The notes: generated from the sequence alone by a model not told the origin. A DNA stretch of 64,000 nt from Eledone cirrhosa (GCA_964016885.1 OZ024743.1:350982001-351046000); one strand, 5' to 3'; counted from the stretch's first letter, positions 1-14,557 are shown. Numbers and translations are program-made.

Positions 1-27
1 GGAACACAGAATCAGTGTTACATAATA

Positions 28-120
28 TACATATTTAGGAGCTTCCGATTCCAGAGTTAGGTTTGATCATTAATAGATCGTTTCTCGAACTGATCGACAG
101 TGAAACATATGTAATATGTA
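28..120 (+). ncRNA. Degenerate hammerhead-like motif (PLE tail)
   Basis: tacatat [ttagga, damaged core] ... GAAA catatg TA atatgta; 7-bp stem I and palindromic stem III intact; 1-23 is an imperfect inverted repeat of ~136-158. Confidence 0.4.
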
Positions 121-247
121 ATAAATATCTATATGATGCAACACTGATTCGTTGTTCCTTTATACATTAATACTATTTATACTCTGCTCCCCAAGATATC
201 GAGTGTTCACCCGGCATACCACCCACGGACGCAATTAACTTGCACCT

Positions 248-349
<102 letters not shown>

Positions 350-365
350 ACACACACACATATAT

Positions 366-406
<41 letters not shown>

Positions 407-496
407 CGACGCGTACGCACTTAAACATGCACACGCACGCACTCACACTCACACACACACACGCACACATTCTCTCTCTCTCTCACCCTTCACACC

Positions 497-527
<31 letters not shown>

Positions 528-730
528 AAACCTAATGTAACAGTGTAATTTTGTCTCCTGTGTGTTGTTTGTTTCATTTATTAACTATATATATATATAT
601 CATATTATATTATAGGTTCTTATTATATTACATATTTTAAGTAGACTGGATATGTTTATTTAGTTACAGTTCGTTCACCAACTGCTAAATTTATATGTTC
701 TAGATTACATTAAAACATGAATGATGATAT

Positions 731-890
731 ATTTCTGACGAGCAGGTAGAACTCAGCCTTGTCTGAATTCATAGATAAGTAAGGCAATGATTTTTTAAAA
801 TACATAGGTTCCCTGATATTTTATATAATTAGAGAAAGATCTACCCACCATTTATGGTGAGATTCCGGTGAAACTGCGCAGTCTGAAAAA
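731..890 (+). ncRNA. Hammerhead-like motif with ~130-nt insertion in domain II
   Basis: CTGACGA (735-741) ... ggtaga/tctacc ... GAAA (870-873) ctgcgcag TC; perfect palindrome ACTGCGCAGT and GUC site, but stem I is weak. Confidence 0.5.
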
Positions 891-924
891 ATTACGTATC
901 ACACTTTTTCTTTAAATATATAAC

Positions 925-1222
925 TCCGTTCTAGCTGTTTGAACAACGGAACAAACAGCTTGTAAAATTAACTTGCAAGTGGCTGAGCATTCCACAGATA
1001 TGTGCACTCTTAACGTAGTTCTCAGGGAGATATTCAGCATAACCGAGTATGTGATAAGCCTGCCTGTTTGAATTACATGTACAACTCGTGTTTTCTAGCT
1101 AGGTGAACTGGAGACAGGTGAAATACAGTGCTTTGCACAATGACACACGATAATGTCAGGAGTGGATTTCATGACTTTAGAGATTGCAAGCTGAACAGCC
1201 TAACCACTCAGCCACGTACCTT
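925..1222 (-). mobile_element. Different tRNA-derived SINE (decayed)
   Basis: Minus strand begins gtggctgagtggttagg (A box) and later reads gtgtcattgtgcaaagcact, a typical SINE central-domain motif. Confidence 0.55.
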
Positions 1223-2215
1223 TACTGTTATACTTAGAGTGAATAAATAGCACGCGACTGTCGTTTCGGACTATGCATGAGTAGCATGATTCATTAAAAA
1301 TCTGTAAAATTGCTGATGATTAGGAAGAGATGATAATCTTAGCAAGAACTGATTTATGCTATGCTGGGTGATCTTTGCACTTATCAAGCTTTTCTTGCCC
1401 GGGTCTCTCTGGGGTTGAGGAAAGGCAAAGACTGTACATGAAGAGATTCAGTAATATTATACTTAATGGCTCTCAGGTAAATTCACAGGTTGAATGAATG
1501 GCTATTAATCCCTAGTTGAGTTCAACCACACTTGCTTCTGTTCTTGTAGGAATACTCATCCACCTTCCACTCACTGAGGAGTAGCATAACACCGAAAGTT
1601 GCCGGAGGTGTAGCGTTGTTGAATAAAAGTCGGGATTGTAATAAGTGGAATGCTTTTGATAAAAGGCCTGATCGATCAAAGTCTATTGGTGTATGTGGAG
1701 CAAAACATAAAAAAAGAACATCAACAACAGAAATTAATAAAATATTTAAAATAATGACACTAGTGAGACTGTTTTCACAGAACCACTTTAACATATGAAC
1801 TTCATCAATGCATCATCGATTTTGTCGAAATCCACTTTGTATCAGAGAATCATTGAATTAGCTATTTTTGACAGCGTTCTATTTCAGAGAACTTAGTTAA
1901 CAAATGTTCCTCATGTTTTTATCAATGAAATGAAGTTCAAACAATTACAGCTTAGCTAATTGAAAAGTCCTCGGGGAGCGGTGTAATTAACGAACCATTT
2001 AAAATGAGCTGCTATCTTTTACAAGCTGCTCAACGGGGGGTTTTCACTTGAATGCAGGTAAGTAGTATAAGAATGGACATATATACGAAAGAACTGAACT
2101 GTTCAGCAAATTGAACCACTCCATTAGAGAAACACATCCTATATAAAACAGTCAACATACACCGTAGTTGTTTAATCGATTCCTTTCTTTTTCCACTCTC
2201 ACAATCTGCTTCTCT

Positions 2216-2318
<103 letters not shown>

Positions 2319-2415
2319 CCGATGGAGAAAAAGAGAGATACTTACATACATACTTGTACACACACACATACATACATGCATAAATACATGTGTGTGTTTG
2401 TATATATGTATGCAT

Positions 2416-2534
<119 letters not shown>

Positions 2535-2856
2535 GTGAGAGATACATATATAAAGACATTATGCATACATACATACATCAAATATAAACAAAATCTTTGA
2601 GTACATGGAAGCCAGGAAAATATTCAACAACAGAAACCTCTAGCCGTTTTACAGCTTCCCAATTTTCCTTTTCTCTCTCCTTTTCTGATACATAATCTGC
2701 TTCCCATTGACCTTCAATATTGGAGATTTTAATTTTAATTTTATTTTTATTCTTTTTCGACCGGTGCAAATCACTCCTTTCCATATCGGGTGGTTAGTGT
2801 CAACACATGCATAGACGTCTCCTATTAGGATATATGACTCAGTCTTAATATTTATT

Positions 2857-3400
2857 ATGATATCGGACAGGGAGAAGAAAACATGCATAGTAGTGGAAAT
2901 TAGCTGCCCAGCAGATGCCAATATAGTATCAAAGATTAGTGAAAAGGAGAATATTTATGCAGAACTGATGAGAAATCTGCAGATACTCCACCCTGATTAC
3001 ACCTTCAGATTTATGCCTGTGATTATTGGGGCACTGGGATATGTTAGTAACTGCCTCAATACAAATCTTGAGAAGCTAGGCTTCACAGGAACAGAAAGAA
3101 CATAACTAGTTAGGAAATTACAAGTAGAATCCATTAATGGAACAGTAAAAATATGTAAAACATTCCAAAAACTTTGCATCTAATAACTGCATATACACAT
3201 GTACAGATGCACACATACAACTCAAAACATACACATCCACACATACAATAACATCCATATCTACACATACATGCATACATACATAATCTACCTAGTTGAT
3301 GTGTAAATTCCAATGAGAGAGTCTTGTGTTAGAAACCGACTCTCTCTCTATTGGTAAAACTTTGTGAAATTATAAAACCAGAAGAACATACATACATACA
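2857..3400 (+). mobile_element. R4/Dong-like non-LTR 3' end (restriction-like endonuclease) with (TACA)n tail
   Basis: DREKKTCIVVEISCP...KISEKENIYAEL...PVIIGALG; 3' UTR ends in catacatacata. Confidence 0.75.
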
Positions 3401-4621
3401 TATTTGATGATTGCTTCACCGTTTCAGATGATAGTGGTCTCAACATCAGCTTAATCTTTCCAGTAAATCTACAACTTCTCGTGTAAACGAGGTTTACTTT
3501 TCAATCCAGCAACAAAAGGTAAGACCAAAAAAGAACCCACCCCAGACAATGACAACACTTCAACATAGGACACATCAGCATAGGTAACTGGGGAAACATG
3601 AATGAGCCTGCATATACTACATCATCCGACGGGATGAATCTACGGAAGTTGTGGTATTTCATTGCCCTGAGAGATAAAATGACAGATGAGAAAATTGCAA
3701 AAGAGACATCAGTACATCATGGATTATTATGACAAACTCTTACACAACACGTGTGCCACTCTCTAAGTCTCATTGATTATTGTCGGATGACAAGCCTAAA
3801 TAGGATGACCATTAATCATGTAGTTTTCGTCTCTTAGAAGAATGTGACAACAACAGCTTGGAGTCTTTCATTTCAAGTGAACTTACTGCACACTCTGGCA
3901 TTAACCAGGGGGTGTTTCTGAGTTCCCGCGCACAGATGGGTTGTCATAGTTATGACTAAGGTTTCCCATCATGCCTGGTTTTGAAATCAGAGTGGCCCGT
4001 CTCCTTGATAGACTGCTATCCAAGGCTGACGAGTTCTGCTACTCAAGGAAAAAGGTTTTAAGACGCCAGTAACTCACCTCATCCCCTTCCTTTTGTCAAT
4101 TACAAACCTCTCCGCCATGGGAAAGCCAGGAGCTCTGAATCGGTTGTCAGAGGCTACCTGAGAGGCAAGACATTTTGGCCATCTTAGTAGTCAGTAGATT
4201 CTCAGGCCTACACACACACTGGCAATAATAACCTTAGGGATATACATATATATATGATGACTGCTACTCGAGTACTGTCACCGCTTCATACTTAAGCATA
4301 AACATCACGGACGGGGCTTTATTGTCCTGCTAGGGACTTGCCTATGGCCAGCAATACCATGCATCGCAAAAAATGTCACATAGCAAGTGATGCCTGTGCT
4401 TGAAGCTTTTTAAGTGAGGAAAGGCTTTGCACCGGGTCAATCCCACTTCCTGAACTTTGAATGCATTTGCCCATAAAGAAGAACTGGTCCCCATCATTGG
4501 ATGCAAACGAAGTCTCAGTGACCTTCTCCTAATGAAGACTAGGAATCTCTCGCTCTACAAGAAAAAATTAAAAAAAGATTATACATGTATACATACATAC
4601 ATACATACATACATACATACA

Positions 4622-4652
<31 letters not shown>

Positions 4653-4655
<3 letters not shown>

Positions 4656-4964
4656 GGAAATTACAAGTACACTCCATTAATGGAACAGTAAAAATATGTA
4701 AAATATTCCAAAAATGTTGCATCTAATAACAAATACAAAGCATATACACATGCACACATACAACTCAAAACATACACATCCACACATACAATAACATCCA
4801 TATCTACACATGCATGCCATGCATGCATGAATACATAATCTACCTAGTTGATGTTGTGTAAATTCCAATGAGAGAGTCTTGTGTCTATGTTAGAAACCGA
4901 CTCTCTCTCTATTGGGAAAACATTTGTGAAATTATAAAACCAGAAGAACATACATACATACATA
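4653..4964 (+). mobile_element. Second, shorter 3' copy of the same R4/Dong-like element, inside (CATA)n
   Basis: Near-identical to ~3111-3400; preceded by (CATA)n 4587-4650 and followed by (CATA)n. Confidence 0.75.
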
Positions 4965-5015
4965 GGGGAAATACTATATATATATATATTGCTCAGAGCA
5001 ATACATATATATATG

Positions 5016-5138
<123 letters not shown>

Positions 5139-5292
5139 CCTATTCCCAGTTTTACTTTTATTTAGGATGATAGTCTTTGGTACATATGTAATCATCCTAT
5201 CCTTGAAATCACTATCATTAAGTTCTTTATTATAGTATGGGGTTGCCTTATTGAATATTTCTTTAGAAGGAGATGAATTTGAGATCCTACGC
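5139..5292 (-). pseudogene. PLE thumb-domain fragment abutting (TA)n
   Basis: [27 protein letters not shown] resembles NRISSLSYDANIFSKNSQYYNQALASS of the 16839 ORF. Confidence 0.6.
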
Positions 5293-6720
5293 AGAAGTGA
5301 CAGTACGAAGCATTGGTGTAGTCCGACTCCTACATTGAATTTCGGTTTAGTACCATTTATCCGGACACAAATAGTCGGGAATTTATATAGGGACTTGAGG
5401 GCAACAAGATGACCATCAATCCCATAATCCACAGCAGGTCCCGAGGAACGCGGTCATATGCCTTTTCGGGGTTTACAAAACAAGAATACACATCTTGGCA
5501 ATACTCCCACGATTTCTCAAAGCCACGTTGCAGTGTGAATATTTGGACGGCTGTGCTACATCTAGGGTGAAAACCACACTGCTCATCAGCTAGCTTGGAC
5601 TCGAAAATCTCCCTACATCTCTTTGCCAGTCACTTATCATAGACTTTACCAAGGAGGCTTAACAAGGAGATCTCTCTGTAATTGGAACAATATCTCTTGT
5701 CTCTCTTTTTGAAAATTGTGATTATCACTCCTGATTGCCATTGCTTAGGTGCCTTTCCAGAGATCCAGTCATCCCGTCACACACGAATCCTTTTCTATTT
5801 ACGGTTTTTGACATCTCGGGCCGGATTTCATCTTTCCCAGCGGCCTTACCTTGAGTTCTTTAATTGCTTTTGTAACCTCAGCATCCTAGAGATTAGTTGC
5901 CGCTCTCAGCCGCACCTCGTGTACATCAGAAGATGCTGTTGTGATCGAGTTTAGGAGATCAGCAAAGTATTCCCTCCACCTCGCGAGGATGCACCTTTCT
6001 TATGCAGATAACTAAATGACGATCAGTTGACAACTCAGCCCCTCTCATAATACGAACATCCAGCTCAGAATCGATGAGATTAGAGGCAATAATAGAATCA
6101 ATTATTGATCTCTAGTTCCCCTTATACCATGTATATTTATGAATGTCTCTGCTGGAAGAAGATGTTCATAATAGAGAGTCCATTGCTAAAACAGAAGTCT
6201 AATAAGGCATCTGAATTCGTATTTAGATCGCGATCGCCGTTCCTTCCAATCACTCCTTTCCATATCGGGTGGTTAGTCTCAACACATGCATAGACGTCTC
6301 CTATTAGGATATATGACTCAGTCTTAACTATATCTAACGTTGCAGTGTCTTTATCATGGAAGGATCTGTATTTACCCACCTCCTTGTTTAGTGCATTAAC
6401 TTGCACCACCAGCAGAGACCTACCTTTCAGCCATAGCTTCAAGCGACAAATCTTCCCTCCTAATGAGATCCAGTCAATAACACATTCTGACAGCGGGGAC
6501 TTGTGAGTATCCCCACTCCCACCTATGCAGACATTTCTGGCGCCACAGTTTCCAGTTTCCATCCTCCATCCAACTTCAGAGAACCAGCCGGTAGCATATT
6601 GCCTTCTCCACTAGTTCCAGCTCCTTATCTGTTCTGATGATCCAGGCCCATTGCCAGTTTTTGCGGCACGAACTGGAGACTGCAATATATTTTTCGAACC
6701 GGTCCCTTTACTCAAGGCAT
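5293..6720 (-). mobile_element. Degenerate RTE-like LINE (APE + RT fragments)
   Basis: APE-like LIGDVYACV...WKGVIGRNG...LLDFCFSNGLSIMNIFF; RT-like EKAYDRVPR and CVRING...FNVGVGLHQ. Confidence 0.75.
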
Positions 6721-8607
6721 GAACACGACTTTTGTTAACCCACAGAAAGGACGATGTGATATGGTTATTTTTCGCACCTCTCACCTATGGTCTTATTCTC
6801 GCCAGTCGCCAATCTGGTACTTTCTCAAACCTGCGAAGCTATATAATACTGAACGAGTAATAGAAGTGTAAAAAGTTCGTGATGTCAAATTGTGTGAAAC
6901 TAGTTTTATTTTTATCAGTGATATTGTTAGACGATGATATTATTGAAGACGTATTAATGCATTGTAATAGGTTGGCCTTACTGTTAGTACTTTTATTTAT
7001 ATCTCTTAGTATCTTCCTGTCTCAGTTCTACAACTAGGCCTATTATTAAAGCCATTTTTATAATCCTTCAAAGTGACATAAGCACTACGTCGTTTTGCTA
7101 AGCTTTCCGTTCTGTTATCTATCTTTAAATGTTTAGCGATATATTTAGGTTCATTGTTAATATTAATGTAAGCGGTTGGTTTAGCTTTCTGGTATTTATT
7201 AGTGATAGTTGATTATGTTTATCATCCTTACGGGGCCGATAAAATAAAGTACCAGTAATGTACTGGGTAATTGCTGGCCTTGTGCCAAAAGTAGAAACAA
7301 TTATGTTTATGTGTATCTATAGCGTAGATTGATGGTCGTGTTGGTAGTTGATTGTGTTGTTGTGTTGATTCGTTTGTTGCGTGTATGCTTACTTGTAGAT
7401 TGCAGAGTGGTGTGGTCACTGTTGTATGATACAGTGTGATCAGGGGTTGTGTGTATGCAGATAATCGAGTAACTGTTCATTAAGATGATGATGATGATAG
7501 TTCCTTGAAAATGAAAATATATAAATGAACCACGATAACACCAAAGCGCTATATTATTAATTTATTGAAAATAACTTACGCCGAAGCTATACGAAAAATA
7601 CACAAGAATTGTGGACGTTATTTGTTTGTTTGTAAAAGTAGAAATTAAAGTCGTATTTACCATGGAAACTTCGTGAGCTTCACTGGCTTGATCGAGAGAG
7701 AGACCAAGAGATAGAGTAAAATAGAGAGAGTAAGAGAAAGTAAGAGTCAATAAGACCCAAAGAGTTTGTGGTAAGCAAATGTTTATTCTATCAATAATCG
7801 CTCCTAACTGCCTGGCTCGGTTTAAGGCAGGTTATTTATCTATGTCACTTCCTCTGTCTCCAAGAATTGAGAACACAGGGCTGATCTATCGAGGTCGTCC
7901 AATCTCAGACCTATTGAGACCCGAAAGGAGATAACCCAGAAAATGACTGTTAAATGTCACCCAGGGGTCAACATATCGACAGTTTTCGCTACATATCTAC
8001 TTCGTATAAGTTTTTTTGTTTTATCAGAGAAGACAAACATATTTTAGAAGGTTTAAATTTGTTGATACCATGTGACAGTTTAGATTGGAAATTGTTATAG
8101 TATTCATGGAATTTTATATTACTCACCATATATAATTGTTTCTACTTTTGGCACAATGCCAGCAATTACCCAGTACATTACTGGTACTTTACTTTATCGA
8201 CCCCATAAGGATGAAAGGCAAAGTTAACTCATCATATATAATAAGCCCGCTTCAAATGGCGCTGGTTCTCCAACTCTAGAAGGGAATAGACTTGACTTGA
8301 TATTAAAATGGTCAGTGGCAATGGTAGCTACTTCTTCGTCGAAAAATAGTGCCTTCCATATCAGTATGCAAACAATATATTCCACTTGGTGTTGGTATAT
8401 TTTTGTGAAATAGTTGATCTCATATAAATCCATCTTGTTATGTTGATTTATGTCTTTGTATCTTTTGAGTATTCAGCTTGCCGGGCTAAAGAATGTTTAT
8501 CCTGGTACGAAATACAAGACTTTGTACCTACCATTTCCCGTGATGATCTGTATGGTTATTGTTGAATGATTCCTTTGAACATATAAAGGAAACAGAGTGT
8601 TCTATGG

Positions 8608-8646
<39 letters not shown>

Positions 8647-8649
8647 TAT

Positions 8650-8827
8650 CGGAAAGAAGGTGTGGTAAGATACCAGGTGGCGCATAACGCACCAGAGTAC
8701 ACAATACTTAGAGTAGTAGAGTGGGTAATAGGAAAAGAGTCAGGACCCCGGCGGCTGAGATCCGGCCTCAGTTCGAATCTAGCTGTCGAAACGGCCGGAG
8801 CTCAGCCGTCGGGGTCCTGTCGCTTTT

Positions 8828-8895
<68 letters not shown>

Positions 8896-9078
8896 AATTG
8901 TGGTAAGAAACCAGATGGACCATAACGCACCAGAGTACTCAATACTTAGAGTAGTAGAGTGGGTAATAGGAAAAAGTATGACACTGACGGCAGAGCTCAA
9001 GCCGTTTCGACGGCTATTTATGTCCAGAAATAGCCGACGAAACAACTTGAGCTCTGCCGTCGGGGTCATACCTTTTCC

Positions 9079-9080
<2 letters not shown>
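8650..9080. mobile_element. Two related hairpin elements (PLE-tail-like) between (TA)n tracts; third copy at 36833-37020
   Basis: Shared arm accagagtac.caatacttagagtagtagagtgggtaataggaaaa, then a GC-rich hairpin containing GAAAcggccg-like half-hammerhead sequence. Confidence 0.6.
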
Positions 9081-9112
<32 letters not shown>

Positions 9113-9220
9113 ATTAGTATATTTACCAACATATGCGTACATATGTACACTAATGCTAGCAAATACATAAGTTATGTCATAGTACCTAGGTGGTTCTATG
9201 CAGGGGGATGCAGAACAATT

Positions 9221-9704
9221 ATATGAAAGACGTAAAATAAGAAAATTTAAAAAATTAAAAATTAACTTACTTACTAAAATTTTCACTAGTTTCTGTAATG
9301 GGATAAAGATAGTTACGCAATGTAACTATCGAGAATTCATTACGTCATCATTGTAGTGGTAGTAGGCTCTTGTCATAATACCATCCCACTCCTACTGACT
9401 AGCCTCAGTGTCACGTGATTGATTCTTTAGAATCTGCCACTTGACCAGAGACAGTGAACTTTTTCAGTGCTATGGAATTCAGTCCCCGCTAGCTGTTCCA
9501 TCCACCGAATTATTATTTTTATATGAGTCCCTAGTGTCCGCGCATTGCCTGGGGACTTAGCTGAGAATAGACTCCCTGATGACGTAATGAATTCTCGATA
9601 GTTACATTGCGTAACTATCTTTATCCCATTACAGAAACTAATTAGTTGGAGTGAAAATTTTAGTAAGTTAATTTTTAATTTTTAAAATTTTATTATTTTA
9701 CGTC

Positions 9705-9712
<8 letters not shown>
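9221..9712. mobile_element. PLE-type terminal fragment with an inverted partial copy of the HHR-containing end
   Basis: 9221-9350 is the reverse complement of ~9577-9712 (small deletion); right end abuts (TA)n. Confidence 0.75.
9571..9652 (+). ncRNA. Type I hammerhead ribozyme with long stem II (PLE tail)
   Basis: actcc CTGATGA c-gtaatg...gatagttac-attgc-gtaactatc...cattac-a GAAA ctaattag TT ggagt; 10-nt palindromic stem III ACTAATTAGT. Confidence 0.85.
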
Positions 9713-9764
<52 letters not shown>

Positions 9765-10296
9765 TGAAACCAGAGATGCATGAAAAACAGGGTATTCTGT
9801 GAATACCACAATGAATCTTCTCCGAGGTTCAAACAATTGCACCAATCCTCAGCCCTAGTCTGATACTATATTTTATTGACCCTGAACAGATGAAAGCACA
9901 AAGCTGACTTCGCTTGGATTTGAACTCAGAGTTTGAACGCAGATAATCGTAATATATTAATAAAGCATTCTATGCGACACTTTTATGGTGAGAAGCAGAG
10001 CAATAGAGAGAAAGAAAACTGATATGTTTAGAGATAGCCGCCCGAGGCGGATATACATGTAATCAGTCATTACGAATATCGTATTCCTGCTGCCATAACT
10101 TAAGACATATATATGTCACAGGATCGCAGAAATAATAATATATCAGTAGAGATTAATTTCATATTTATCTTCCACCAAGGTTTTTATTATTATTATAATC
10201 AACACATTATGTTGTTTTTGTTGGCTTCTCTATTATTGTCGCTTTAATTCCATTCCACTTATTGAGTTGGCTGTTTACATTAAATTTTTATTGTGC

Positions 10297-10368
<72 letters not shown>

Positions 10369-10562
10369 GATAAATCTACCAAAAGTTTACGGTAGTGTCC
10401 AATCCGTATGAAGTACTCAATGTAATCCGGATATCATGGAAAGAAGAGATGCATTCAAAAATCACTTTCGGTGAAAGATAAACGGAATACATAGTCAAGA
10501 TAAAATATTAAAAAAATAATGAATAAAACAATGAAACAGTTCCTTATATTAAACAAAAAAAG

Positions 10563-10705
10563 TTCATTATTTAACGATCGTTTCTAGGACATATATGTGT
10601 TAGAATTGGCATGCATATTCAAAAGATCTATGTACAAAATTATACAAACTATCAAAGAGAATATACATACCATCACATATATATGCTGTCTTCAGAAATA
10701 ATGAA
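10563..10705 (-). ncRNA. Type I hammerhead ribozyme with ~100-nt stem II domain (PLE tail)
   Basis: Minus strand: ttcattattt CTGAAGA ...catatatatgtg...cacatatatg... GAAA cgatcg TT aaataatgaa; 10-bp stem I, palindromic stem III ACGATCGT. Confidence 0.8.
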
Positions 10706-10949
10706 GTATATTTATTGATAATAACAACAATTCAAAATTACAGGTCTGTTTGGGAACAGATTTTAAATAGACCAATGAAATACATAAAAATTCATCAAGA
10801 AAATACAGTTAGGTGTGTGTATATATGCAAGTAACTTCGTTCACAGATATGCATAAAAATGTATGTTCACATGCATACGCATGTCGAAAAAGTGTATGTA
10901 AATATAAAAATTCAGGGCTAATGTCTCTGTATGTTTATAATCCACAGAC

Positions 10950-11482
10950 AAAATATACATACATATACATATACATATACACACATATATACACACATAT
11001 ACATACATTCATACACACACACGCATATACACATAAACACACACATACCTACGAACACACACACATATATACACACACACACACACACACATACGTATAT
11101 ATTATTATTATAACTATATGGATATTGAGGCGCACACATAAACACGGCCACACACACTTACATCTAGATGCAGAATTAAAAGGAGGTAAGGGAGTAAGTA
11201 ATTAAGGAGGGTGTCAGACTCAGCATATTTATAAAAATGTATCTATAAATTTAGAAATAAAAAGAAATATAATAAAAGAAATATAATAAAAACATAAAAA
11301 AACATAAAAGAGAGACATAAAATATACATGCTTATATACATACGCACATTTACACATCCATACGTTCGAAACATACATACGTACACACACACACATACAC
11401 ATACTTAACCTCACGCATATTAACCTGTTTGTATGCATATACATAAAAACAAATAAAACATATATTCATACATATAAATACA

Positions 11483-11534
<52 letters not shown>

Positions 11535-11590
11535 CACATACGCACAACACACATATATACATATATGTACACACACATACACACATACAT

Positions 11591-11633
<43 letters not shown>

Positions 11634-11830
11634 TATATACACACATATATATACACACATATATATACACACACACACATACATATACGTATATATAACC
11701 ATACACACACATACCCATGTATATATACACACAACCACACACTCACACACACTCAGACATACATAAATATAGAGACATACATACACACATATATGTTTAT
11801 ATATATATATATATACATATATATACATAT

Positions 11831-11890
<60 letters not shown>

Positions 11891-11983
11891 AATAAATACA
11901 CACAGTCAGACAATTATGCACATATATACACATACATACACACATCACTACAAATACATATACATACACATACATACATACAC

Positions 11984-12079
<96 letters not shown>

Positions 12080-12180
12080 TCATACACACTTATTTACATG
12101 CGCACATATGTATTTTTATACTCACATACAAACACACAAACATACATACATACTTACATACACATACATACATCCACGCT
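10950..12180. repeat. Compound (TA)n/(CA)n/(TACA)n microsatellite region
   Basis: Direct reading. Similar tracts at 250-530, 2220-2580, 5000-5137, 13380-14085, 33475-33955, 37420-38010. Confidence 0.95.
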
Positions 12181-12446
12181 TACAAATACGAATAATTATG
12201 GGGGGGGGGATCAAAATTATTAGTGGGAAATAGTAAATATAGGTTTCAAGGAACATAGAATATTAATCTGCATTTAAATCATAATATGTGTTTACATAGT
12301 AGTGTCAGTATTAGGAAATTGTATTTGTAAGAAAGAAGGCTAAATTATGCATTTTAATATAAGTAGACTATTAATTATAGGTTAATTAAAGTAAAAATAG
12401 TTAATATATTAATTTCTAAGGTGTATACTACTTAGGTTTATAATAT

Positions 12447-13377
12447 TTGCGCGGACGGCTGGCTAAGAGACACTCCACCAGACATGACAACTGCTGCAGA
12501 CTAGCCAACTGCCCCATCAACGACACAGACCTATGCCACCAGGCTTACGTAGTATACAGACTAGAGTGTGACAAATGCAACAACTTCTACGTAGGTAGCA
12601 CCACCAGACCACTCCACATAAGAATAAAAGAACACCTCAATACTAACGCTTCCTCATTTAAGAAACACCTAGTTAAATGCAAAAACACCGATAAAAACAT
12701 AACAGTTAGGATAGAAACTAAGGAAAGAAACCTCGGCAATCTTAGAATTAAGGAAGCACTTATTATAGATAGAACACATCCACCAATCAATAATAGACTA
12801 GAGCTCAACACCCAATTTATAACCTGATAGGGCCTCTAGCCCCAATTTTACACACCCCACACACACGCACGCGCACACCTCCACTTATTCTCTCTCACAC
12901 ATACACACACAAAACCAGTTCTAACACCAGATAACACCTACCCCCCACTTTTACGATTAGACCTATCTTCCCACACTCACACACACACACCCACATTCCT
13001 ACACCTTCATGCATTCTCCCACACACATATACAGGCACGTATATAAAATAAAAAATAAAAAAAATAAAAAATAAAAAAACCTAAACAAACCCCTCTTAAA
13101 GGGAGACTACTCTTTATCCACCTAATTTTAATTCTTTGATATTAGAGTTAGAACAGATACTCTATACTATTTCCGGTCAGCATGGCTTGACTAGAGATTT
13201 AAAGACGCTGGTTTGAGACCTTTACTTCCCTCCGAAGAAGAGATATTATCTCGAAAATTAAGGACATTTAAATAAATTCAAGGTGAAAGACGAATTCACA
13301 TCAATACCTTTCACTATTGCATTCTTTTTTCTATGTCCATACCTGCATTGTCTTGGCCTTATTACACATATTCAAAC

Positions 13378-13380
<3 letters not shown>
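12447..13380 (+). mobile_element. 5'-truncated Penelope-like element: GIY-YIG endonuclease end + 3' UTR
   Basis: VVYRLECDKCNNFYVGSTTRPLHIRIKEH...LRIKEALII...INNRLE (GIY-YIG with CxxC..H..H), stop at 12827, then HHR-like motif and (TA)n. Confidence 0.85.
13229..13263 (+). ncRNA. Minimal hammerhead-like motif with CCGAAGA core, downstream of a GIY-YIG fragment
   Basis: cct CCGAAGA a-gagata-t-tatctc GAAA at TA agg. Confidence 0.5.
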
Positions 13381-13419
<39 letters not shown>

Positions 13420-13603
13420 ATATGTATATATGTAAAAGGTAAACAGAAATAACAACACAATCGGTACAGTATATGGAAGGGATATATTAGGTTAACGCTT
13501 GATATAGCAGGAAATGCACATTTATATATAAATACATACATACATATGTACACAAACACATATATATATTATATATGTGTTGTTTGTGTATATATATATA
13601 TAT

Positions 13604-13670
<67 letters not shown>

Positions 13671-13676
<6 letters not shown>

Positions 13677-13902
13677 CAACAGATTAAAGTTTAAGCAAAG
13701 AATCGCTGCTTTCACCCTTAATTAAGATCCCGTTAAGGGTGAAAGCAGCGATTCTTTGCTTAAACTTTAATCTGTTATTTTAATAAATATTTGCTCTACG
13801 GTTCTTATATATTTGATATATATTTATCCTTATCGAGCCCTCTTTGGATTTTAGTCTTCAAATTTATTATTATTACTATATATATATATATATATATACA
13901 AC

Positions 13903-13981
<79 letters not shown>

Positions 13982-13998
13982 ACATATGTATGTATATA

Positions 13999-14089
<91 letters not shown>

Positions 14090-14557
14090 ATAATAATAAA
14101 GTTGAAGACTAAAATCCAAAGAGAGCTCCATAAGGATAAATATATATCAAATATATAAGAACCGTAGAGAAAATATTTATTAAAATAACAGATTAAAGTT
14201 TAAGCAAAGAATCGCTGCTTTCACCACTGAAACTAACAAAGTCAATCTGTGAACGCGGAAGTGAATATTTCAAAAAACGTTGCAACCGGAGGAAGACAGG
14301 AAGACGATACTTTGGTTTTGTCTTTGCGTGTAATTGTTTTTCACCGCTCCGAATAATGACGTATTATATTCGTTTTTTCCCGTTCTTTGCGAGGGACCGT
14401 TTCCACGAACCAAAGTATCGTCTTCCTGTCTTCCTCCGGTTGCAACGTTTTTTTAAATATTCACTTCCGCGTTCACAGATTGACTTTGTTAGTTTCAGAA
14501 GATCCCGTTAAGGGTGAAAGCAGCGATTCTTTGCTTAAATTTTAATCTGTTATTTTA

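Noticed and set aside
7767-7993. Possible solo LTR (TGT...ACA ends, AATAAA on minus strand)
   Set aside because: No target-site duplication, second copy or internal sequence in the window.
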